A stretch of DNA of 62,969 bases, from contig QKCT01000106.1 in the NCBI GenBank assembly GCA_003245625.1, positions 1 to 62,969 on the forward strand, in the 5' to 3' direction. Shown here piece by piece: positions 9,023 through 21,038 of the stretch. The position numbers and the translations under genes are program-made. The notes beneath the pieces were generated by a model. That model was not told the origin of the DNA, did not search any database, and was given only the letters and a program-made list of their open reading frames with translations. Every line of letters starts with the position of its first letter. Positions within the stretch are counted from its first letter, which is position 1. The DNA comes from Bacillota bacterium. GTDB lineage: Bacteria > Bacillota_I > Bacilli_A > Izemoplasmatales > Hujiaoplasmataceae.

Positions 9023-9772
9023 TTACAATTTGGTTAGGATCTCATAACCATCATCTGTAATCAAAATCGTATGCTCGAAATGAGCGGATAACGATTTGTC
9101 TCTCGTGATGGTCGTCCAACCGTCTGACAATACCTTAACTTCTTTTTTCCCATAATTGATCATCGGTTCGATCGCCAATGTCATTCCAGACTTCAATACA
9201 ATGCCTCGCTGCGGAGGTCCATAATTCGGAATTTGTGGATCTTCGTGAAGATGTTTTCCAACACCATGGCCGACAAATTCTCTTACAACCGAAAACCCTA
9301 GTTTTTCAGCGGTAACTTGAATCGCATGGGAAATATCGGATAATCGATTGTTTGCTTTTGCGTATTGTAATCCCGCAAACAAACTGGCCTTTGTTCCTTC
9401 TAGCAATCGTGTAGCCTCTTCGGATACTTGCCCGCATGCATAACTCCACGCTGAATCGCCATGATATCCCTTATACATCGCGCCGATATCGACGCTTACG
9501 ATGTCGCCCTCTTGCAAAATGCGATGAGGACTAGGGATTCCATGAACAACTTCTTCATTGATTGATATGCATGCAGATGCAGGAAATCCACTATAGTTTA
9601 GGAATGACGGAATTGCGTCATTCTCACGAATTACTCGTTCGACCAAATCATCTAATTCTTTTGTGGAAACACCGGGTTTGATCGCCTTTGACACTTCTTG
9701 ATGTGCCAAAGCGACAATACGACCAGCTTCTCTCATTAATTCAATTTCGCGATTTGATTTTCTTGTAACCAT
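9023..9772 (-). CDS. map: Methionine aminopeptidase type I
   Basis: '[11 protein letters not shown]', 'GHGVG..LHEDP', 'LAIEPM', 'SAHFEHT'. Confidence 0.97.
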   Translation of the reverse strand: MVTRKSNREIELMREAGRIVALAHQEVSKAIKPGVSTKELDDLVERVIRENDAIPSFLNYSGFPASACISINEEVVHGIPSPHRILQEGDIVSVDIGAMYKGYHGDSAWSYACGQVSEEATRLLEGTKASLFAGLQYAKANNRLSDISHAIQVTAEKLGFSVVREFVGHGVGKHLHEDPQIPNYGPPQRGIVLKSGMTLAIEPMINYGKKEVKVLSDGWTTITRDKSLSAHFEHTILITDDGYEILTKL

Positions 9773-9775
9773 TTC

Positions 9776-10423
9776 TTATTCGCCTAACCTTTTTACAATC
9801 TCTTCGAAGACATCCTCGGAGGATTTTTCTCCATTGACCACCATCAATAGACCCTTTCTTTCGTAATGATCCAATAATGGTTTGGTTTTTTCTTTGTAAA
9901 TGCTCAGGCGATTCATGACGGATTCTTCTAAATCGTCGTCGCGTTGAATCAAAGGATGTCCACAGTAATCACAGATGCCATCTACTTTAGGTGGATGATA
10001 CTCGATATGATATGTTTGACCGCAGTTGGAACAAACTCTTCTTCCTGCCATGCGGTGCAATAATACCTCATCTTTCACTTCCACGTTGATGACGGCTGTT
10101 AGATGAATCCCTAGGTCATCCAGCATGTCGTCCAATGCATCGGCTTGAGCGTCCGTTCTAGGATATCCATCCAACATAAAGCCGTTTGGATAATCTTCGG
10201 AACTCAAAACTTCTCTCACGATATCGTTGGTCATTTTGTCGGGAACCAAGTTGCCTTCCGAAAGGTACTTCTTTGCTTCTAAACCGATCTTCGAGTTCTT
10301 TTTTATCTCGTCCCGGTAGATATTACCAGTAGAGATATGATACAAGTTGTAATGGTCTAAAAGTTTTTTTGCTTGAGTACCTTTCCCGGCTCCTGGTTTT
10401 CCCATGATTAACAGGTTTATCAT
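9776..10423 (-). CDS. adk: Adenylate kinase with Zn lid
   Basis: 'GKPGAGKGTQA', 'LDGYPRT', CxxC...CxxC lid. Confidence 0.97.
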   Translation of the reverse strand: MINLLIMGKPGAGKGTQAKKLLDHYNLYHISTGNIYRDEIKKNSKIGLEAKKYLSEGNLVPDKMTNDIVREVLSSEDYPNGFMLDGYPRTDAQADALDDMLDDLGIHLTAVINVEVKDEVLLHRMAGRRVCSNCGQTYHIEYHPPKVDGICDYCGHPLIQRDDDLEESVMNRLSIYKEKTKPLLDHYERKGLLMVVNGEKSSEDVFEEIVKRLGE

Positions 10424-10426
10424 AGA

Positions 10427-11782
10427 TTATCTCATGAATCCTGTATATGCTTTTTCTTGGGTGTCTGTTTCGATTTGTCTTGCGGTTTCCAAGGAAACAC
10501 CAACGATAATCAACAGGGATGTACCTCCGATACGAACATAAGATTGTCCTAATATAACGGAAGCCAAAATCGGTAATATTGCGATAACTACCAAGTAGAT
10601 CGCACCAATAATTGTAATTCGGAATAATGTTCTTGTAATATACGCTTCGGTATCAAATCCAGGTCTTACACCAGGGATATAAGCGTTTTGTTTTGACAAG
10701 TTGTCCGCCATCTGTTCTGGTCGTATCACAATGAAAGTATAGAAGAACGTAAATACAAAGATCAATAAGATGTACAATACAAATCCAATTGGATTCTCGT
10801 ACGAGAAGATTTGATCTAACCAGTTATTGGCTGTTGTACCAACGTCGATATAACTGAACACTGTTGACGGTAAAGATAAGATGATGGATGAGAATACGAC
10901 CGGGATAACTCCTGCGGAGTTGATCTTGAGCGGTACGTTAGAATCGGATTTTCCTTTAAATTTGGAACTTGCCGGTCTGTTTGCATATTGAATTGGAATC
11001 TTACGTACGGCAACCTGCATGTAGGTAACTCCGACCAACACACCGATGAATAACAACATTGTGACTCCGAACAAAACATAACCTTTCCAAGTACCAATAT
11101 TTGCATATGTAGTAGAAAGTGCTCCATTTGGATCGGAAATATAGTATTGGATCAATGATGTGATGGTTCCAGGGAATGCCATGATGATACCACCAACGAT
11201 CAACATAGAAGATCCATTACCGATTCCGTGTAATGTGATTTGGTCAGCTAACCAAATCATGAAGGCTGTTCCGGCTGTCAATACGACTGCCATGTAGAAG
11301 TAAATCAAGAACCATAAGTTGCGTCCGTCTGCAGTAGCCCAGTCACTGACACCTGTTTGGAACAATTGTGTTTGTGAACTATGGAATGCAAATGTCATCG
11401 CCAATGCTTGAATGAAAGCAAGTCCGATTGCAACATAGCGGTTAAGTCTTGAAATTTTCTTACGACCCGATTCCCCTTCCAATGACCATTCCTTTAAGGC
11501 AGGAATGATATCCATCTGTAACATTTGCACGATGATGGATGCGGTGATGTACGGGCTGATTCCGAGTGCGATGATAGAATAATTCTTCAACGCATTACCG
11601 GAAATCGAGTTAACGATACCTAAGAATCCGGTATTATCGAACATTCCTGATAATACATCAGGATTGATCAAAGGCATCGTTACATAGGTTAGGATTTTGA
11701 AAACCAAATAAGCGAGTAATGTGAAACCAATCTTTTTCAACAAGGGTTTATTCTTGAATATTTTTTTGATTGTTTCCATCAT
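10427..11782 (-). CDS. secY: Preprotein translocase subunit SecY
   Basis: '[12 protein letters not shown]', 'GIGNGSS', 'AGVIPVVF', 'IPGVRPG', 'GGTSLLI'. Confidence 0.97.
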   Translation of the reverse strand: MMETIKKIFKNKPLLKKIGFTLLAYLVFKILTYVTMPLINPDVLSGMFDNTGFLGIVNSISGNALKNYSIIALGISPYITASIIVQMLQMDIIPALKEWSLEGESGRKKISRLNRYVAIGLAFIQALAMTFAFHSSQTQLFQTGVSDWATADGRNLWFLIYFYMAVVLTAGTAFMIWLADQITLHGIGNGSSMLIVGGIIMAFPGTITSLIQYYISDPNGALSTTYANIGTWKGYVLFGVTMLLFIGVLVGVTYMQVAVRKIPIQYANRPASSKFKGKSDSNVPLKINSAGVIPVVFSSIILSLPSTVFSYIDVGTTANNWLDQIFSYENPIGFVLYILLIFVFTFFYTFIVIRPEQMADNLSKQNAYIPGVRPGFDTEAYITRTLFRITIIGAIYLVVIAILPILASVILGQSYVRIGGTSLLIIVGVSLETARQIETDTQEKAYTGFMR

Positions 11783-12219
11783 ATCACCTCTGTTGTTCCA
11801 CCGGCTTCTTGAATCGCCTTTTCAGCAGCTACTGAAAATTTGTGGGCTTGAACAGTAAGTTTGACTTCCAATTTACCTCTTCCTAGAATTTTGATTCCAT
11901 CTAATACTTTGGTTACCAAACGGTCTTTGATCAATACTTCAGGATTGACGACAGTACCTTCTGGATATTTGTTTAAATCTTCAACATTCACAACTGCATA
12001 TTCCTTACGGAATGGGTTTGTGAATCCTTTTTTAGGAAGACGTTTGAACAAAGGTGTTTGACCACCTTCATACCCTAATCTAACGCCTCCACCTGATCTT
12101 GAGTTTTGTCCTTTTTGTCCGCGTCCGGAAGTCTTACCGTTACCGGAGCTGGTTCCGCGACCAACTCTCTTTTTGTAGTGAGTGGACCCTTGATTCGGTT
12201 TTAATTCATGTAAGTTCAT
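11779..12219 (-). CDS. rplO: 50S ribosomal protein L15
   Basis: '[13 protein letters not shown]', 'EGGQTPL..RLPK'. Confidence 0.97.
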   Translation of the reverse strand: MNLHELKPNQGSTHYKKRVGRGTSSGNGKTSGRGQKGQNSRSGGGVRLGYEGGQTPLFKRLPKKGFTNPFRKEYAVVNVEDLNKYPEGTVVNPEVLIKDRLVTKVLDGIKILGRGKLEVKLTVQAHKFSVAAEKAIQEAGGTTEVI

Positions 12220-12232
12220 AAATTACCTCCTA

Positions 12233-12415
12233 CTACTTGACTTCTTCGACTACGACGAGATGATTAACGACGTTAACCATGCCTCTGATCATCTCATTGT
12301 CTTCCTTAACGACAGACGAGTTTCTCTTAGTAAGTCCCAAAGCCTTTACTGTTTTTACTTGATTTGGTTTGTGACCGCTTAAGCCCTTTACCAATGTAAT
12401 TTTAATTTTCGCCAT
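12233..12415 (-). CDS. rpmD: 50S ribosomal protein L30
   Basis: 'IKITLVK...ALGL...IRGMV..V.HL'; position. Confidence 0.95.
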   Translation of the reverse strand: MAKIKITLVKGLSGHKPNQVKTVKALGLTKRNSSVVKEDNEMIRGMVNVVNHLVVVEEVK

Positions 12416-13005
12416 TATTTGAGTACCTCCTCAGGAGTCAGTCCTCTTATAGCAGCAACTGTTTCAACGTTTCTTAAGGATTTCAATCCTTCAACGGTCG
12501 CGCGAACGATATTGATAGGAGTGTTTGATCCAAGTGATTTACTCAAAACGTCTTCGATTCCAGCAAGTTCCAGTACGGCACGTACAGGTCCACCGGCGAT
12601 AACTCCTGTTCCTTCCACAGCTGGACGGAGGAATACTTTGCCGGCACCGTATTTACCAGTGACAGAATGAGGAATCGTTGTACCAGTTACAGGCACTGTG
12701 ATGATATTTTTCTTCGCATCTTCAATTGCTTTTTTGATTGCATCTGGAACTTCTCCGGCTTTACCGGTACCAAAACCGACTTTACCTTTCATGTCTCCAA
12801 CAACAACCAATGCAGAGAAGCTGAATCTTCTACCACCTTTGACGACTTTTGTTACACGACCGATGCTAACGACTCTTTCTTCGTAGAGTTTAACTTCTTT
12901 CTTTCTTGGATTATTACGGTTTTTCTTGTTGTTTCTTCTGCCTCTATTATTTTGTCTATCATTATCTTGTGTATTTTCGGCAACAACATTTCTGTTTTCT
13001 TCCAT
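12415..13005 (-). CDS. rpsE: 30S ribosomal protein S5
   Basis: '[14 protein letters not shown]', 'GTGVIAGG'. Confidence 0.97.
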   Translation of the reverse strand: MEENRNVVAENTQDNDRQNNRGRRNNKKNRNNPRKKEVKLYEERVVSIGRVTKVVKGGRRFSFSALVVVGDMKGKVGFGTGKAGEVPDAIKKAIEDAKKNIITVPVTGTTIPHSVTGKYGAGKVFLRPAVEGTGVIAGGPVRAVLELAGIEDVLSKSLGSNTPINIVRATVEGLKSLRNVETVAAIRGLTPEEVLK

Positions 13006-13023
13006 TTCGTTAACCTCCTCTAC

Positions 13024-13380
13024 CTAGAATTGGAGCCCTTCGGCTCTTGCAGCATCTGCCAATGCTTTTACTCTTCCGTGGTAGAGATATCCACCGCGGT
13101 CGAATACAACTGTTGTATATCCTTTTTCAATTGCCAATTTTGCGACTGCTGAACCAACAAGTTTAGCGCCTTCAATATTGGATCCATTCACATCTTTCAT
13201 ATCTTTGGAGTTCGCTTGGACCAAAGTTGTTCCACTCAAATCATCGATTAATTGAGCGTAGATGTTTGTGTTTGAACGGAAAACGTTTAGACGTGGTCTT
13301 TCCGGAGTGCCTTTGATAGCAAAACGGATGCGACGGTGTCTTTTGGTTCTTTGTTTATTCTTATCAATTGGTTTAAACAT
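13024..13380 (-). CDS. rplR: 50S ribosomal protein L18
   Basis: '[10 protein letters not shown]', '[12 protein letters not shown]'. Confidence 0.97.
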   Translation of the reverse strand: MFKPIDKNKQRTKRHRRIRFAIKGTPERPRLNVFRSNTNIYAQLIDDLSGTTLVQANSKDMKDVNGSNIEGAKLVGSAVAKLAIEKGYTTVVFDRGGYLYHGRVKALADAARAEGLQF

Positions 13381-13396
13381 AATATCACCTCGCTAA

Positions 13397-13945
13397 TTAC
13401 TTAGCTGTTTTCCCTTCTTTACGACGTACGTGTTCATCACGGTAACGAATACCTTTACCAAGATATGGTTCAGGTGGACGAACCTTGCGAACATTCGCTG
13501 CGAACTCGCCAACGATTTGTTTGTTGGCACCTTTGATGCGAACTTCAGTGTTCTTGTTCTTTGGAATTTCAATTTCGATTCCTTCTGGAATTTCCATTTC
13601 AACTGGATTGGAATATCCAACGTTCAAGACTAAAATTTGTGGCTCTTTTAATTGAGCACGATATCCGACACCTTTGATGTCGAGAATTTTTTCATAACCA
13701 TTTGTTACTCCAATAACCATATTATTCAATAACGCTCTAGTTGTTCCATGTAAGGAACGGTTGCGTAGTGAATCATTTGGTCGGGTTACAGAAAGTTCTT
13801 GATTTTCGAGCTTAATATCCATGTTTTCATGGAATTGGAAGCTCAGTTCCCCTTTAGGACCTTTTACAACAACGAAATTTGTTTCGCTGATTGTAATGGT
13901 TACGCCTTCGGGAACTTTGATCGTTTGTCTACCAACACGACTCAT
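13397..13945 (-). CDS. rplF: 50S ribosomal protein L6
   Basis: 'MSRVG', 'GVGYRA', '[13 protein letters not shown]'. Confidence 0.97.
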   Translation of the reverse strand: MSRVGRQTIKVPEGVTITISETNFVVVKGPKGELSFQFHENMDIKLENQELSVTRPNDSLRNRSLHGTTRALLNNMVIGVTNGYEKILDIKGVGYRAQLKEPQILVLNVGYSNPVEMEIPEGIEIEIPKNKNTEVRIKGANKQIVGEFAANVRKVRPPEPYLGKGIRYRDEHVRRKEGKTAK

Positions 13946-13973
13946 AGTTTTCTTGCACCTCCATTATCATCGC

Positions 13974-14372
13974 TTACCATACATATGCCAGCACTTCGCC
14001 ACCGATTTTTTGTTTTCTTGCGGCTCTATCGGTCATAAGACCGTTTGAAGTGGAGATGATCGCGATTCCTAGGCCGTTTAAAACCTTTGGAAGATCATCT
14101 GTTTTGGCATACACACGTAAACCAGGTTTGCTGATTTTCTTCAAACCTCTGATTACTCTTTCTTCATTTTGTAAATATTTCAACGTGACTCTCAAAGTAC
14201 CTTGTACTCCGTCATTCAAGCGTTCGAAATCAGTGATGTATCCTTCGCGTTTTAACACTTCGAGGATTTCAGCTTTCAACTTGGAAGCTGGGACATCAAC
14301 TGTTTTATGTTTCATCTGATTGGCATTGCGGATTCTCGTAAGCATGTCCGCAATTGGATCTGTCATGACCAT
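13974..14372 (-). CDS. rpsH: 30S ribosomal protein S8
   Basis: '[13 protein letters not shown]', 'SKPGLRVY', 'GGEVL'. Confidence 0.97.
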   Translation of the reverse strand: MVMTDPIADMLTRIRNANQMKHKTVDVPASKLKAEILEVLKREGYITDFERLNDGVQGTLRVTLKYLQNEERVIRGLKKISKPGLRVYAKTDDLPKVLNGLGIAIISTSNGLMTDRAARKQKIGGEVLAYVW

Positions 14373-14396
14373 ATTCTAATGCCTCCTTCCTTCATC

Positions 14397-14582
14397 CTAC
14401 CAACTAGCTTTCTTAACGCCAGGGATCTGGCCTTTGTAAGCTAGTTCACGGAAACAAATACGACATAGTTTAAATTTGCGATACACAGAGTGAGGACGTC
14501 CACAACGTTCACATCTTGTGTATTCTCTGACCGGGAACTTTTGTCCGCGTTTTTGACTTACTTTTTTTGATGTCTTTGCCAT
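14397..14582 (-). CDS. rpsN: 30S ribosomal protein S14 (Zn-binding type Z)
   Basis: 'RCERCGRP...[15 protein letters not shown]'. Confidence 0.97.
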   Translation of the reverse strand: MAKTSKKVSQKRGQKFPVREYTRCERCGRPHSVYRKFKLCRICFRELAYKGQIPGVKKASW

Positions 14583-14592
14583 AGTATCCTCC

Positions 14593-15132
14593 TTATCTAC
14601 GGAAAGGCATACCGAATTGTTTCAATAATTCGAATGCTTCCTGATCTGTGTTAGCGGTAGTTACGATAACGATATCCATACCGCGGATTTTGCTGATTTT
14701 GTCGTAATTGATTTCAGGGAAAATGAGTTGTTCTTTCACACCGAGTGTGTAGTTTCCTCTACCGTCGAAACCTTTTGGATTTACTCCTCTGAAGTCACGA
14801 ACACGTGGTAAGGCAATGGTAACAAGTTTATCAAAGAATTCGTACATTCTTTCGCCACGCAAGGTTACCTTGCAACCAATTGGCATTCCTTCACGAAGCT
14901 TGAAGCTCGCGATGGATTTTTTTGCTCTTGTAACCAATGGTTTTTGACCAGTGATCTGAGTCAATTCGACTACTGCATCATCCAAAACTTTTGGATTTTG
15001 CACTGCGTCACCAACACCAATGTTGACAACGATTTTACTGATTTTCGGAGCTTCCATGACGGAAGTATAGTTGAATTTTTCTACCAAAGCCGGAACGATT
15101 GTGGCTTTGTATTTTTCTTGTAATCTATTCAT
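14593..15132 (-). CDS. rplE: 50S ribosomal protein L5
   Basis: 'ITGQKP', '[10 protein letters not shown]', 'EQLIFPEI'. Confidence 0.97.
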   Translation of the reverse strand: MNRLQEKYKATIVPALVEKFNYTSVMEAPKISKIVVNIGVGDAVQNPKVLDDAVVELTQITGQKPLVTRAKKSIASFKLREGMPIGCKVTLRGERMYEFFDKLVTIALPRVRDFRGVNPKGFDGRGNYTLGVKEQLIFPEINYDKISKIRGMDIVIVTTANTDQEAFELLKQFGMPFRR

Positions 15133-15147
15133 CTGCTACTCCCTTCC

Positions 15148-15486
15148 TTAGTCCAAAACTTCGCCAGATTTTTTTGCGTATCTGACTTTTACTTCTTTAT
15201 CTTCTTTTTTGACTTTCTTAGTGATCGTCTTGTAACCGATTTTTGTCGGTTTTTTGGTTTTAGGGTCAATCAACATCACGTTGGAAGCATCGATTGGTTT
15301 TTCAACTTCTACGATTCCACCATCTGGATTTGCTTGAGAAGGTTTTAAGTGCTTTTTGACTTTGCTCAATCCTTCGCCTTCTAATACGACACGATTGCTC
15401 TTTGTCAACACTTTGAAGATTGTTCCTTCTTTCCCTTTGTCTGCACCAGAGATTATAACGACTTTATCGCCTTTTTTGAATTTCAT
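15148..15486 (-). CDS. rplX: 50S ribosomal protein L24
   Basis: '[15 protein letters not shown]', 'PIDASNVML'. Confidence 0.96.
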   Translation of the reverse strand: MKFKKGDKVVIISGADKGKEGTIFKVLTKSNRVVLEGEGLSKVKKHLKPSQANPDGGIVEVEKPIDASNVMLIDPKTKKPTKIGYKTITKKVKKEDKEVKVRYAKKSGEVLD

Positions 15487-15498
15487 CTTTGCGCCTCC

Positions 15499-15867
15499 TT
15501 ATAATACTTCCGGAGCAAGAGAAACAATTTTTGTGAATTCCTTGTCTCTCAACTCTCTTGCAACAGGGCCGAAAATACGAGTTCCTCTTGGGCTCTTATC
15601 TTCTTTAATGATTACTGCTGCATTGTCATCAAATTTTACGAATGAACCGTCTGCACGACGAATAGCCTGTTTTGTTCTTACGATTACTGCTTTAACAATT
15701 TCACCTTTTTTTACGACGCCACCAGGAGTAGCTGTCTTAACAGTTGCGATGATGATATCGCCGATAGTCGCATATTTGCGGCTTGTACCACCAAGTACTT
15801 TGATGGTTAGAATTTCACGAGCTCCAGAGTTGTCCGCGATTTTCAGTCTAGTTTCTTGTTGTATCAT
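15499..15867 (-). CDS. rplN: 50S ribosomal protein L14
   Basis: 'ADNSGA', '[12 protein letters not shown]', 'SLAPEVL'. Confidence 0.98.
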   Translation of the reverse strand: MIQQETRLKIADNSGAREILTIKVLGGTSRKYATIGDIIIATVKTATPGGVVKKGEIVKAVIVRTKQAIRRADGSFVKFDDNAAVIIKEDKSPRGTRIFGPVARELRDKEFTKIVSLAPEVL

Positions 15868-15882
15868 AGTAAGACCCCCGTT

Positions 15883-16149
15883 CTACTCGATGTTTTCGTG
15901 TTGTTCCACGATTTCAATCAAGCGGAAACGTTTTGTCTTAGAAAGCGGACGGCTTTCTGTGATTCTGACAACGTCACCTGTATGGGCTTCGTTCTTTTCA
16001 TCGTGTGCTCTGAATTTTTTCGATGAAATCACTCGCTTGTTATATAAAGGATGTTTTTTGTAGGTAGTAACCAAAACTGTAATTGTTTTGTCGTTTTTGT
16101 CGGAAACAACAGTTCCAGTAAATACTTTGCGTTTATTTGTATTTTCCAT
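15883..16149 (-). CDS. rpsQ: 30S ribosomal protein S17
   Basis: '[14 protein letters not shown]', 'ESRPLSKTK'. Confidence 0.97.
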   Translation of the reverse strand: MENTNKRKVFTGTVVSDKNDKTITVLVTTYKKHPLYNKRVISSKKFRAHDEKNEAHTGDVVRITESRPLSKTKRFRLIEIVEQHENIE

Positions 16150-16162
16150 TATGTGCCTCCTC

Positions 16163-16357
16163 CTATTCGCTTTCTCTTTCAGTTAGAACAGATTTCATTC
16201 TAGCAATCGTTTTTTTAACGATGCCAAGGCGTGCAGTGTTTTCTAATTGACCTGTCGCTTGTTTGAAGCGAAGGTTGAATAATTCTTTTTTCAAACTTTC
16301 CATTTCTTTCAAAATGGCTTCGGTGTCCATCTTGCGGATGTCTTTAGCGTACATCAT
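16163..16357 (-). CDS. rpmC: 50S ribosomal protein L29
   Basis: 'ELFNLRF..ATGQLEN', 'IARMK'. Confidence 0.96.
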   Translation of the reverse strand: MMYAKDIRKMDTEAILKEMESLKKELFNLRFKQATGQLENTARLGIVKKTIARMKSVLTERESE

Positions 16358-16776
16358 TTTGAATCACCACTTTCTTTTTTAACAAACTTTGTTTTGATTG
16401 GCAATTTGTGAGCTGCCAATCTTAAAGCTTCTTTTGCTGTTACTTCGTCAACTCCAGCAACCTCGAAGATTACTTGACCTGTTTTAACAACAGCTACCCA
16501 TTCTTCTGGTGAACCTTTACCGGATCCCATACGAACTTCTAATGGTTTTTTGGTTTTTGCTAAGTGCGGGAAGATTCTAATCCAAACCTTACCGGTTCTT
16601 TTCATGTAACGGGTCATAGCAATACGACTCGCTTCGATTTGACGGGCTGTAATCCATGCGCCATCCAAAGCTTGCAAACCGAATTCGCCGAAGTCGACGC
16701 CGGTGCTACCTTTGGCTTTACCTTCGTAACTCACTCTGTGAGGACGACGATATTTCGTTCTTTTAGGCATTAACAT
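16354..16776 (-). CDS. rplP: 50S ribosomal protein L16
   Basis: '[10 protein letters not shown]', 'RMGSGKG', 'KLPIKT'. Confidence 0.97.
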   Translation of the reverse strand: MLMPKRTKYRRPHRVSYEGKAKGSTGVDFGEFGLQALDGAWITARQIEASRIAMTRYMKRTGKVWIRIFPHLAKTKKPLEVRMGSGKGSPEEWVAVVKTGQVIFEVAGVDEVTAKEALRLAAHKLPIKTKFVKKESGDSK

Positions 16777-16778
16777 TT

Positions 16779-17429
16779 TTACTTAGCCCCCTTCTTTTTG
16801 GAAGGAAGAATTTCACCTTTGTAAATCCATACTTTGACACCTAATTTACCGTATGTAGTCATTGCTTCTGCAAGTGCATAGTCGATATTAGCTCTCAATG
16901 TATGTAGTGGTACATTTCCTTCGCTGTATCCTTCGCTGCGGGCCATTTCGGCTCCACCAAGTCTACCGGAGATCAATGTTTTGCATCCCTTTGCTCCTGA
17001 TTTTAGAGCGCGTTGGATAGCAACTTTTTGAACACGTCTGAATGACGCTCTGTTTTCCAATTGGCGTGCAATGTTTTCAGCAACCAATAAGGCATCTGTT
17101 TCCGGACGTTTGATTTCCACAACGTTTAGGTATACTGTCTTTTTAGTCAATTGTTCTAATTTTTCAACAACTGCTTTTTTTGTTTCTGCATTTCTACCGA
17201 TAACCATACCAGGTTTTGCGGTATTTACAGTGATGATAACTCTTTTTTTACTACGTTCGATTTCAATTTTCGATACGCTAGCGTTTTTGTAAAGATCATA
17301 GATCAATTCACGGATCTTGATATCTTCTTGTAACAAGTCTGCAACTTCGTTCTTATCCGCATACCATCTTGATTCCCAGTCAAGGATGATTCCTATGCGT
17401 TGTCCAATTGGATTAACTTTTTGTCCCAT
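16779..17429 (-). CDS. rpsC: 30S ribosomal protein S3
   Basis: 'MGQKVNP', '[10 protein letters not shown]', 'PLHTLRA'. Confidence 0.97.
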   Translation of the reverse strand: MGQKVNPIGQRIGIILDWESRWYADKNEVADLLQEDIKIRELIYDLYKNASVSKIEIERSKKRVIITVNTAKPGMVIGRNAETKKAVVEKLEQLTKKTVYLNVVEIKRPETDALLVAENIARQLENRASFRRVQKVAIQRALKSGAKGCKTLISGRLGGAEMARSEGYSEGNVPLHTLRANIDYALAEAMTTYGKLGVKVWIYKGEILPSKKKGAK

Positions 17430-17440
17430 AATGAATCCTC

Positions 17441-17776
17441 CTATTCTTTCTCTGCCACTGTAATGTAGATGTGGCTGGTTCTCTTCAAGATTTGGAATGC
17501 TCTACCTTGTGCATGCGGTTGGAAACGTTTCATTGTTTTCCCTTCGCTTACATAGACTTCTTTAACAAACAAGTCTGCTTGTTCCATTTGATAATTGTGT
17601 TCTGCGTTAGCAACAGCGGATTTCAAAAGTTTTTCCACGACGACAGATGCTCTTCTTGGAGTTCCTCTTAAGATTGCGTATGCATCTCCGACTTTTTTAC
17701 CTCTGATTAGGTCTACGACCAACTTCACTTTGCGAGGAGAAATTCTGACGGATTTAACAACTGCTTTTGCTTCCAT
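17441..17776 (-). CDS. rplV: 50S ribosomal protein L22
   Basis: '[10 protein letters not shown]', 'SAVANA', 'KRTSHI'. Confidence 0.97.
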   Translation of the reverse strand: MEAKAVVKSVRISPRKVKLVVDLIRGKKVGDAYAILRGTPRRASVVVEKLLKSAVANAEHNYQMEQADLFVKEVYVSEGKTMKRFQPHAQGRAFQILKRTSHIYITVAEKE

Positions 17777-18060
17777 TATTTCTTACCTCCCTTTGTTGCT
17801 TTCTTATCAGCGTGACCGCGATAAGATCTCGTCGGAGCGAACTCACCCAATTTGTGACCGACCATATCTTCTGTGATGTAAACAGGAATATGTTCTCTAC
17901 CATTGTGAACACCAATTGTAAGGCCTACGAAATTTGGGAAGACAGTGGAACGTCTCGACCATGTTTGTATTACTTTTTTTGAGTTTGCCTTATTTGCAGC
18001 GACAACTTTATTCATTAAGTGATCATCGCAAAACGGACCTTTTTTAATTGAACGTGACAT
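17776..18060 (-). CDS. rpsS: 30S ribosomal protein S19
   Basis: 'TWSRRS', '[13 protein letters not shown]'. Confidence 0.98.
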   Translation of the reverse strand: MSRSIKKGPFCDDHLMNKVVAANKANSKKVIQTWSRRSTVFPNFVGLTIGVHNGREHIPVYITEDMVGHKLGEFAPTRSYRGHADKKATKGGKK

Positions 18061-18077
18061 ATTGAGTTCCTCCTTCC

Positions 18078-18908
18078 TTATTTGTTTCTTCTTCTAACGA
18101 TTAACTTATCGCTAGGTTTATTGTTCTTTCTTGTAATCTTACCAAGAGCAACTTTACCCCATGGAGTTAGTGGTGCTGGATGTCCAACAGGTTGTTTACC
18201 TTCACCACCACCGTGAGGGTGATCGACTGGGTTCATTACGGAACCACGAACAGTTGGCTTAACGCCCATATGTCTTTTTCTTCCGGCTTTACCTAAGCTA
18301 ACCAATGAATAGAATTCGTTCCCGACTTCTCCGATGGTTGCACGGCAGTTACCAAGAATACGTCTTACTTCGCCTGATTTCAAACGGATCAAAACATATT
18401 TCTCTTCACGTCCAAGAATCTGAGCGCTTGTTCCTGCGGCGCGGATCAATTGTCCACCTTTTCCAGGATACAATTCGATGTTGTGGATAACAGTACCGAC
18501 AGGGATCAATTTCAATGCTTTTGCATTTCCTACGACGATATCGGCGTTGTCTCCGGATTCGACTGTCATTCCGACTTCCAAACCTTTTGGAGCGAGAATG
18601 TATCTTTTTTCACCGTCTGCATAATTGATCAATGCGATGTTAGCGGTTCTGTTTGGATCGTATTCGATGGTAGCTACTTTACCAGCGATTCCATCCTTGT
18701 TACGTTTGAAATCGATGATTCTGTATTTACGCTTTGCCCCACCTGCTTGGTGACGGACTGTGATTTTACCTTGATTGTTTCTACCACCATTTTTCTTCAA
18801 AGTGGTTGTTAAGGATTTCTCTGGCTGGGAAGCTGTGATTTCATTGTAATCCAGCTTGGACATATGGCGTGTGCCGTTTGTCTGCGGTTTATATTTGATA
18901 ATAGCCAT
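18078..18908 (-). CDS. rplB: 50S ribosomal protein L2
   Basis: 'GRNNQGKIT', 'IEYDPNR', '[13 protein letters not shown]'. Confidence 0.98.
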   Translation of the reverse strand: MAIIKYKPQTNGTRHMSKLDYNEITASQPEKSLTTTLKKNGGRNNQGKITVRHQAGGAKRKYRIIDFKRNKDGIAGKVATIEYDPNRTANIALINYADGEKRYILAPKGLEVGMTVESGDNADIVVGNAKALKLIPVGTVIHNIELYPGKGGQLIRAAGTSAQILGREEKYVLIRLKSGEVRRILGNCRATIGEVGNEFYSLVSLGKAGRKRHMGVKPTVRGSVMNPVDHPHGGGEGKQPVGHPAPLTPWGKVALGKITRKNNKPSDKLIVRRRNK

Positions 18909-18922
18909 TATTGTGCCTCCTA

Positions 18923-19204
18923 CTAAACTTCATAAATGTCGATTTTGCTGCCTTCTTTTAAGGTAACAACCGCTTTAGTAACCGCTGCAGTCAAGCCGGT
19001 ATATTGTCCGACTCTCTTGGATTTCGGTTTTGCGTTAATGACATTTACTTTCTCTACTTTTACTCCGAAGATTTCTTCGACTGCTTCTTTGATTTGAATC
19101 TTGTTTGCATTTCTGTCGACTTCAAATGTGTATTTTCTGTCTTCTGCAAGTTTTGTTGTTTTTTCTGAAACGATCGGGCGTTTGATAATTTGATATTTAT
19201 CCAT
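18923..19204 (-). CDS. rplW: 50S ribosomal protein L23
   Basis: 'PIVSEK', '[17 protein letters not shown]'. Confidence 0.96.
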   Translation of the reverse strand: MDKYQIIKRPIVSEKTTKLAEDRKYTFEVDRNANKIQIKEAVEEIFGVKVEKVNVINAKPKSKRVGQYTGLTAAVTKAVVTLKEGSKIDIYEV

Positions 19205-19205
19205 A

Positions 19206-19829
19206 TTAACTCAAAACCTCCTCGATTTTCTTAAGGGCTGCTTCTGTAGCAACCAATTTGTTTGCGTTTAAGATATCATAAACACTAACGTGGTTGTAAG
19301 CAACTGCTTGAAGGTTCGGAATGTTTTTGGACGCGATTTCGATTAAATCGTTCACTTCTTCCAAAACGACCATTACCTTTCCTTCGACTTTCAAACTATT
19401 CAATACTGTTACCATCTCGCTTGTCTTATGTGAAGCAAGCACAAGATTGTCAACAGCAACTAGGTTATTCTGCTTAACTTTATCGGATAATACTATCTTC
19501 AGAGCTAAACGTCTTACCTTTCTATTCACTTTGTAACTGTAATCTCTTGGGGATGGTCCGAATACGATACCACCGCCTGTATAGTGCGGCGCACTAATCG
19601 TACCTTGACGAGCGTGTCCAGTCCCTTTTTGACGGTAAGGTTTCTTTCCGCCGCCGGCAACTTCTGCTCTTGTTTTTACTTTCGCGGTTCCTTGACGCAT
19701 AGCCGCTGTTTGTTGTTTGACAACATCATAGATCACTTGATCATTGCTTTCGACTGCGAATACGTCATCGCTCAATTTCAAATTCCCAATGGATTCTCCT
19801 TGTTGATTCAACAATGCTAATTTAGGCAT
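19206..19829 (-). CDS. rplD: 50S ribosomal protein L4
   Basis: 'RQGT..VKTRAEV', 'QKGTGHARQG', 'GGGIVFGP'. Confidence 0.97.
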   Translation of the reverse strand: MPKLALLNQQGESIGNLKLSDDVFAVESNDQVIYDVVKQQTAAMRQGTAKVKTRAEVAGGGKKPYRQKGTGHARQGTISAPHYTGGGIVFGPSPRDYSYKVNRKVRRLALKIVLSDKVKQNNLVAVDNLVLASHKTSEMVTVLNSLKVEGKVMVVLEEVNDLIEIASKNIPNLQAVAYNHVSVYDILNANKLVATEAALKKIEEVLS

Positions 19830-19853
19830 AGTTTGTTCCTCCTTCCGATAATA

Positions 19854-20480
19854 TTACTTTTTGATTGCGTTTTTTACAACGACTAATGATTTGTTTGGTC
19901 CAGGTACGTTTCCTTTTACTAACAAGACGTTCTTGTCAGCATCAGCGCGTACAACTGTTAAATTTTGAATGGTCACTGTATCGTGTCCCATTCTTCCTGG
20001 CATGTTCTTGCCTTTTCTGATTCTGTTAGGTGCAATAACACCCATTGAACCGACACCGCGGTGATATTTAGAACCGTGTGTATTGAAACTTGTGTGTTGG
20101 TTGTGTCGTTTGATAACACCGGCATAACCTTTTCCTTTTGAAGTTCCTGTTACGTCTACATAATCCCCAGCGGTAAATATATCACATTTTACCTCTTGGC
20201 CGACTTCGTACTCTTCCATTCCGGAAAGACGAATCTCTTTTACGTAGCGCTTAGGTGTTGCTTCTGATTTTGCAAAGTGTCCAGTAAGAGGCTTGTTAAT
20301 GATATTTGCCCTCTTATCCATGAACCCTAATTGAACTGCGGAATATCCATCAGTCTCAACAGTTTTCTTTTGCAACACAACATTCGGTTCCACCGAAATT
20401 ACTGTGACAGGAATCATTTTGCCATCTGCATCAAATACTTGAGTCATTCCTACTTTTCTTCCTAAGATACCTTTTGCCAT
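19854..20480 (-). CDS. rplC: 50S ribosomal protein L3
   Basis: '[10 protein letters not shown]', 'GTSKGKG', 'VKGNVPG'. Confidence 0.97.
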   Translation of the reverse strand: MAKGILGRKVGMTQVFDADGKMIPVTVISVEPNVVLQKKTVETDGYSAVQLGFMDKRANIINKPLTGHFAKSEATPKRYVKEIRLSGMEEYEVGQEVKCDIFTAGDYVDVTGTSKGKGYAGVIKRHNQHTSFNTHGSKYHRGVGSMGVIAPNRIRKGKNMPGRMGHDTVTIQNLTVVRADADKNVLLVKGNVPGPNKSLVVVKNAIKK

Positions 20481-20507
20481 GAGTATACCTCCTTATTTAA
20501 TATTTTG

Positions 20508-20816
20508 TTACTTCAAGACGATATCTACACCGGATGGTAAATCCAAGTGCATCAATGAATCGATTGTCTTCGCTGTAGGGTTCACGATATCAATCAATCT
20601 TTTGTGAGTTCTTCTTTCGAATTGTTCACGTGAATCTTTGTTGACGTGAACAGATCTAAGAATAGTAAAGATTTCTTTTTCTGTTGGTAGTGGAATTGGT
20701 CCGCTTACCTTTGCCCCTGTTTTCTTTGCAGTGTCGACAATTCTTTTTGCTGATTGATCCAACAATCTGTGATCGTAAGATTTCAATCTGATTCTAATTA
20801 CTTGATTTGCAGCCAT
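20508..20816 (-). CDS. rpsJ: 30S ribosomal protein S10
   Basis: '[14 protein letters not shown]', 'GPIPLPT', 'SREQFE..THKRLI'. Confidence 0.98.
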   Translation of the reverse strand: MAANQVIRIRLKSYDHRLLDQSAKRIVDTAKKTGAKVSGPIPLPTEKEIFTILRSVHVNKDSREQFERRTHKRLIDIVNPTAKTIDSLMHLDLPSGVDIVLK

Positions 20817-20829
20817 TATAGCTCCTCCT

Positions 20830-20955
20830 TTGCATATAATTCAGCTTATATACAGGCTCATTGGAAATTCCCTAACCTCCCACTTTTTGCATCATAACAA
20901 CGCTTACGTGTGTGTCAGCAACCTCCCAAATCTATGCCTTCCTATTTACATAGGC
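20830..20955 (-). promoter_or_regulatory. Untranslated S10-operon leader, probably structured/autoregulatory
   Basis: ~135-nt 5' UTR containing GGGAGGTTGCTGACACAC, which I recall resembles the Bacillus rpsJ leader; structure not verified. Confidence 0.55.
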
Positions 20956-20961
20956 TTTAAT

Positions 20962-20990
20962 ATATTATCAAATTTCGAATGTGAATGCAA
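20962..20990 (-). promoter_or_regulatory. Sigma-A promoter of S10 operon
   Basis: Minus strand TTGCAT-N17-TAATAT with TG at the extended -10 position and an A-rich upstream element. Confidence 0.7.
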
Positions 20991-21038
20991 GGATTTTTTT
21001 TCTGATTTTGAGTTTTTCTTTAGAAGGCTAAAAAAAAA

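Noticed and set aside
15356-16063. 235-aa plus-strand ORF and many other ORFs antisense to ribosomal, ATPase and hydrogenase genes
   Set aside because: They lie wholly opposite highly conserved genes and show no recognisable motifs; typical shadow ORFs
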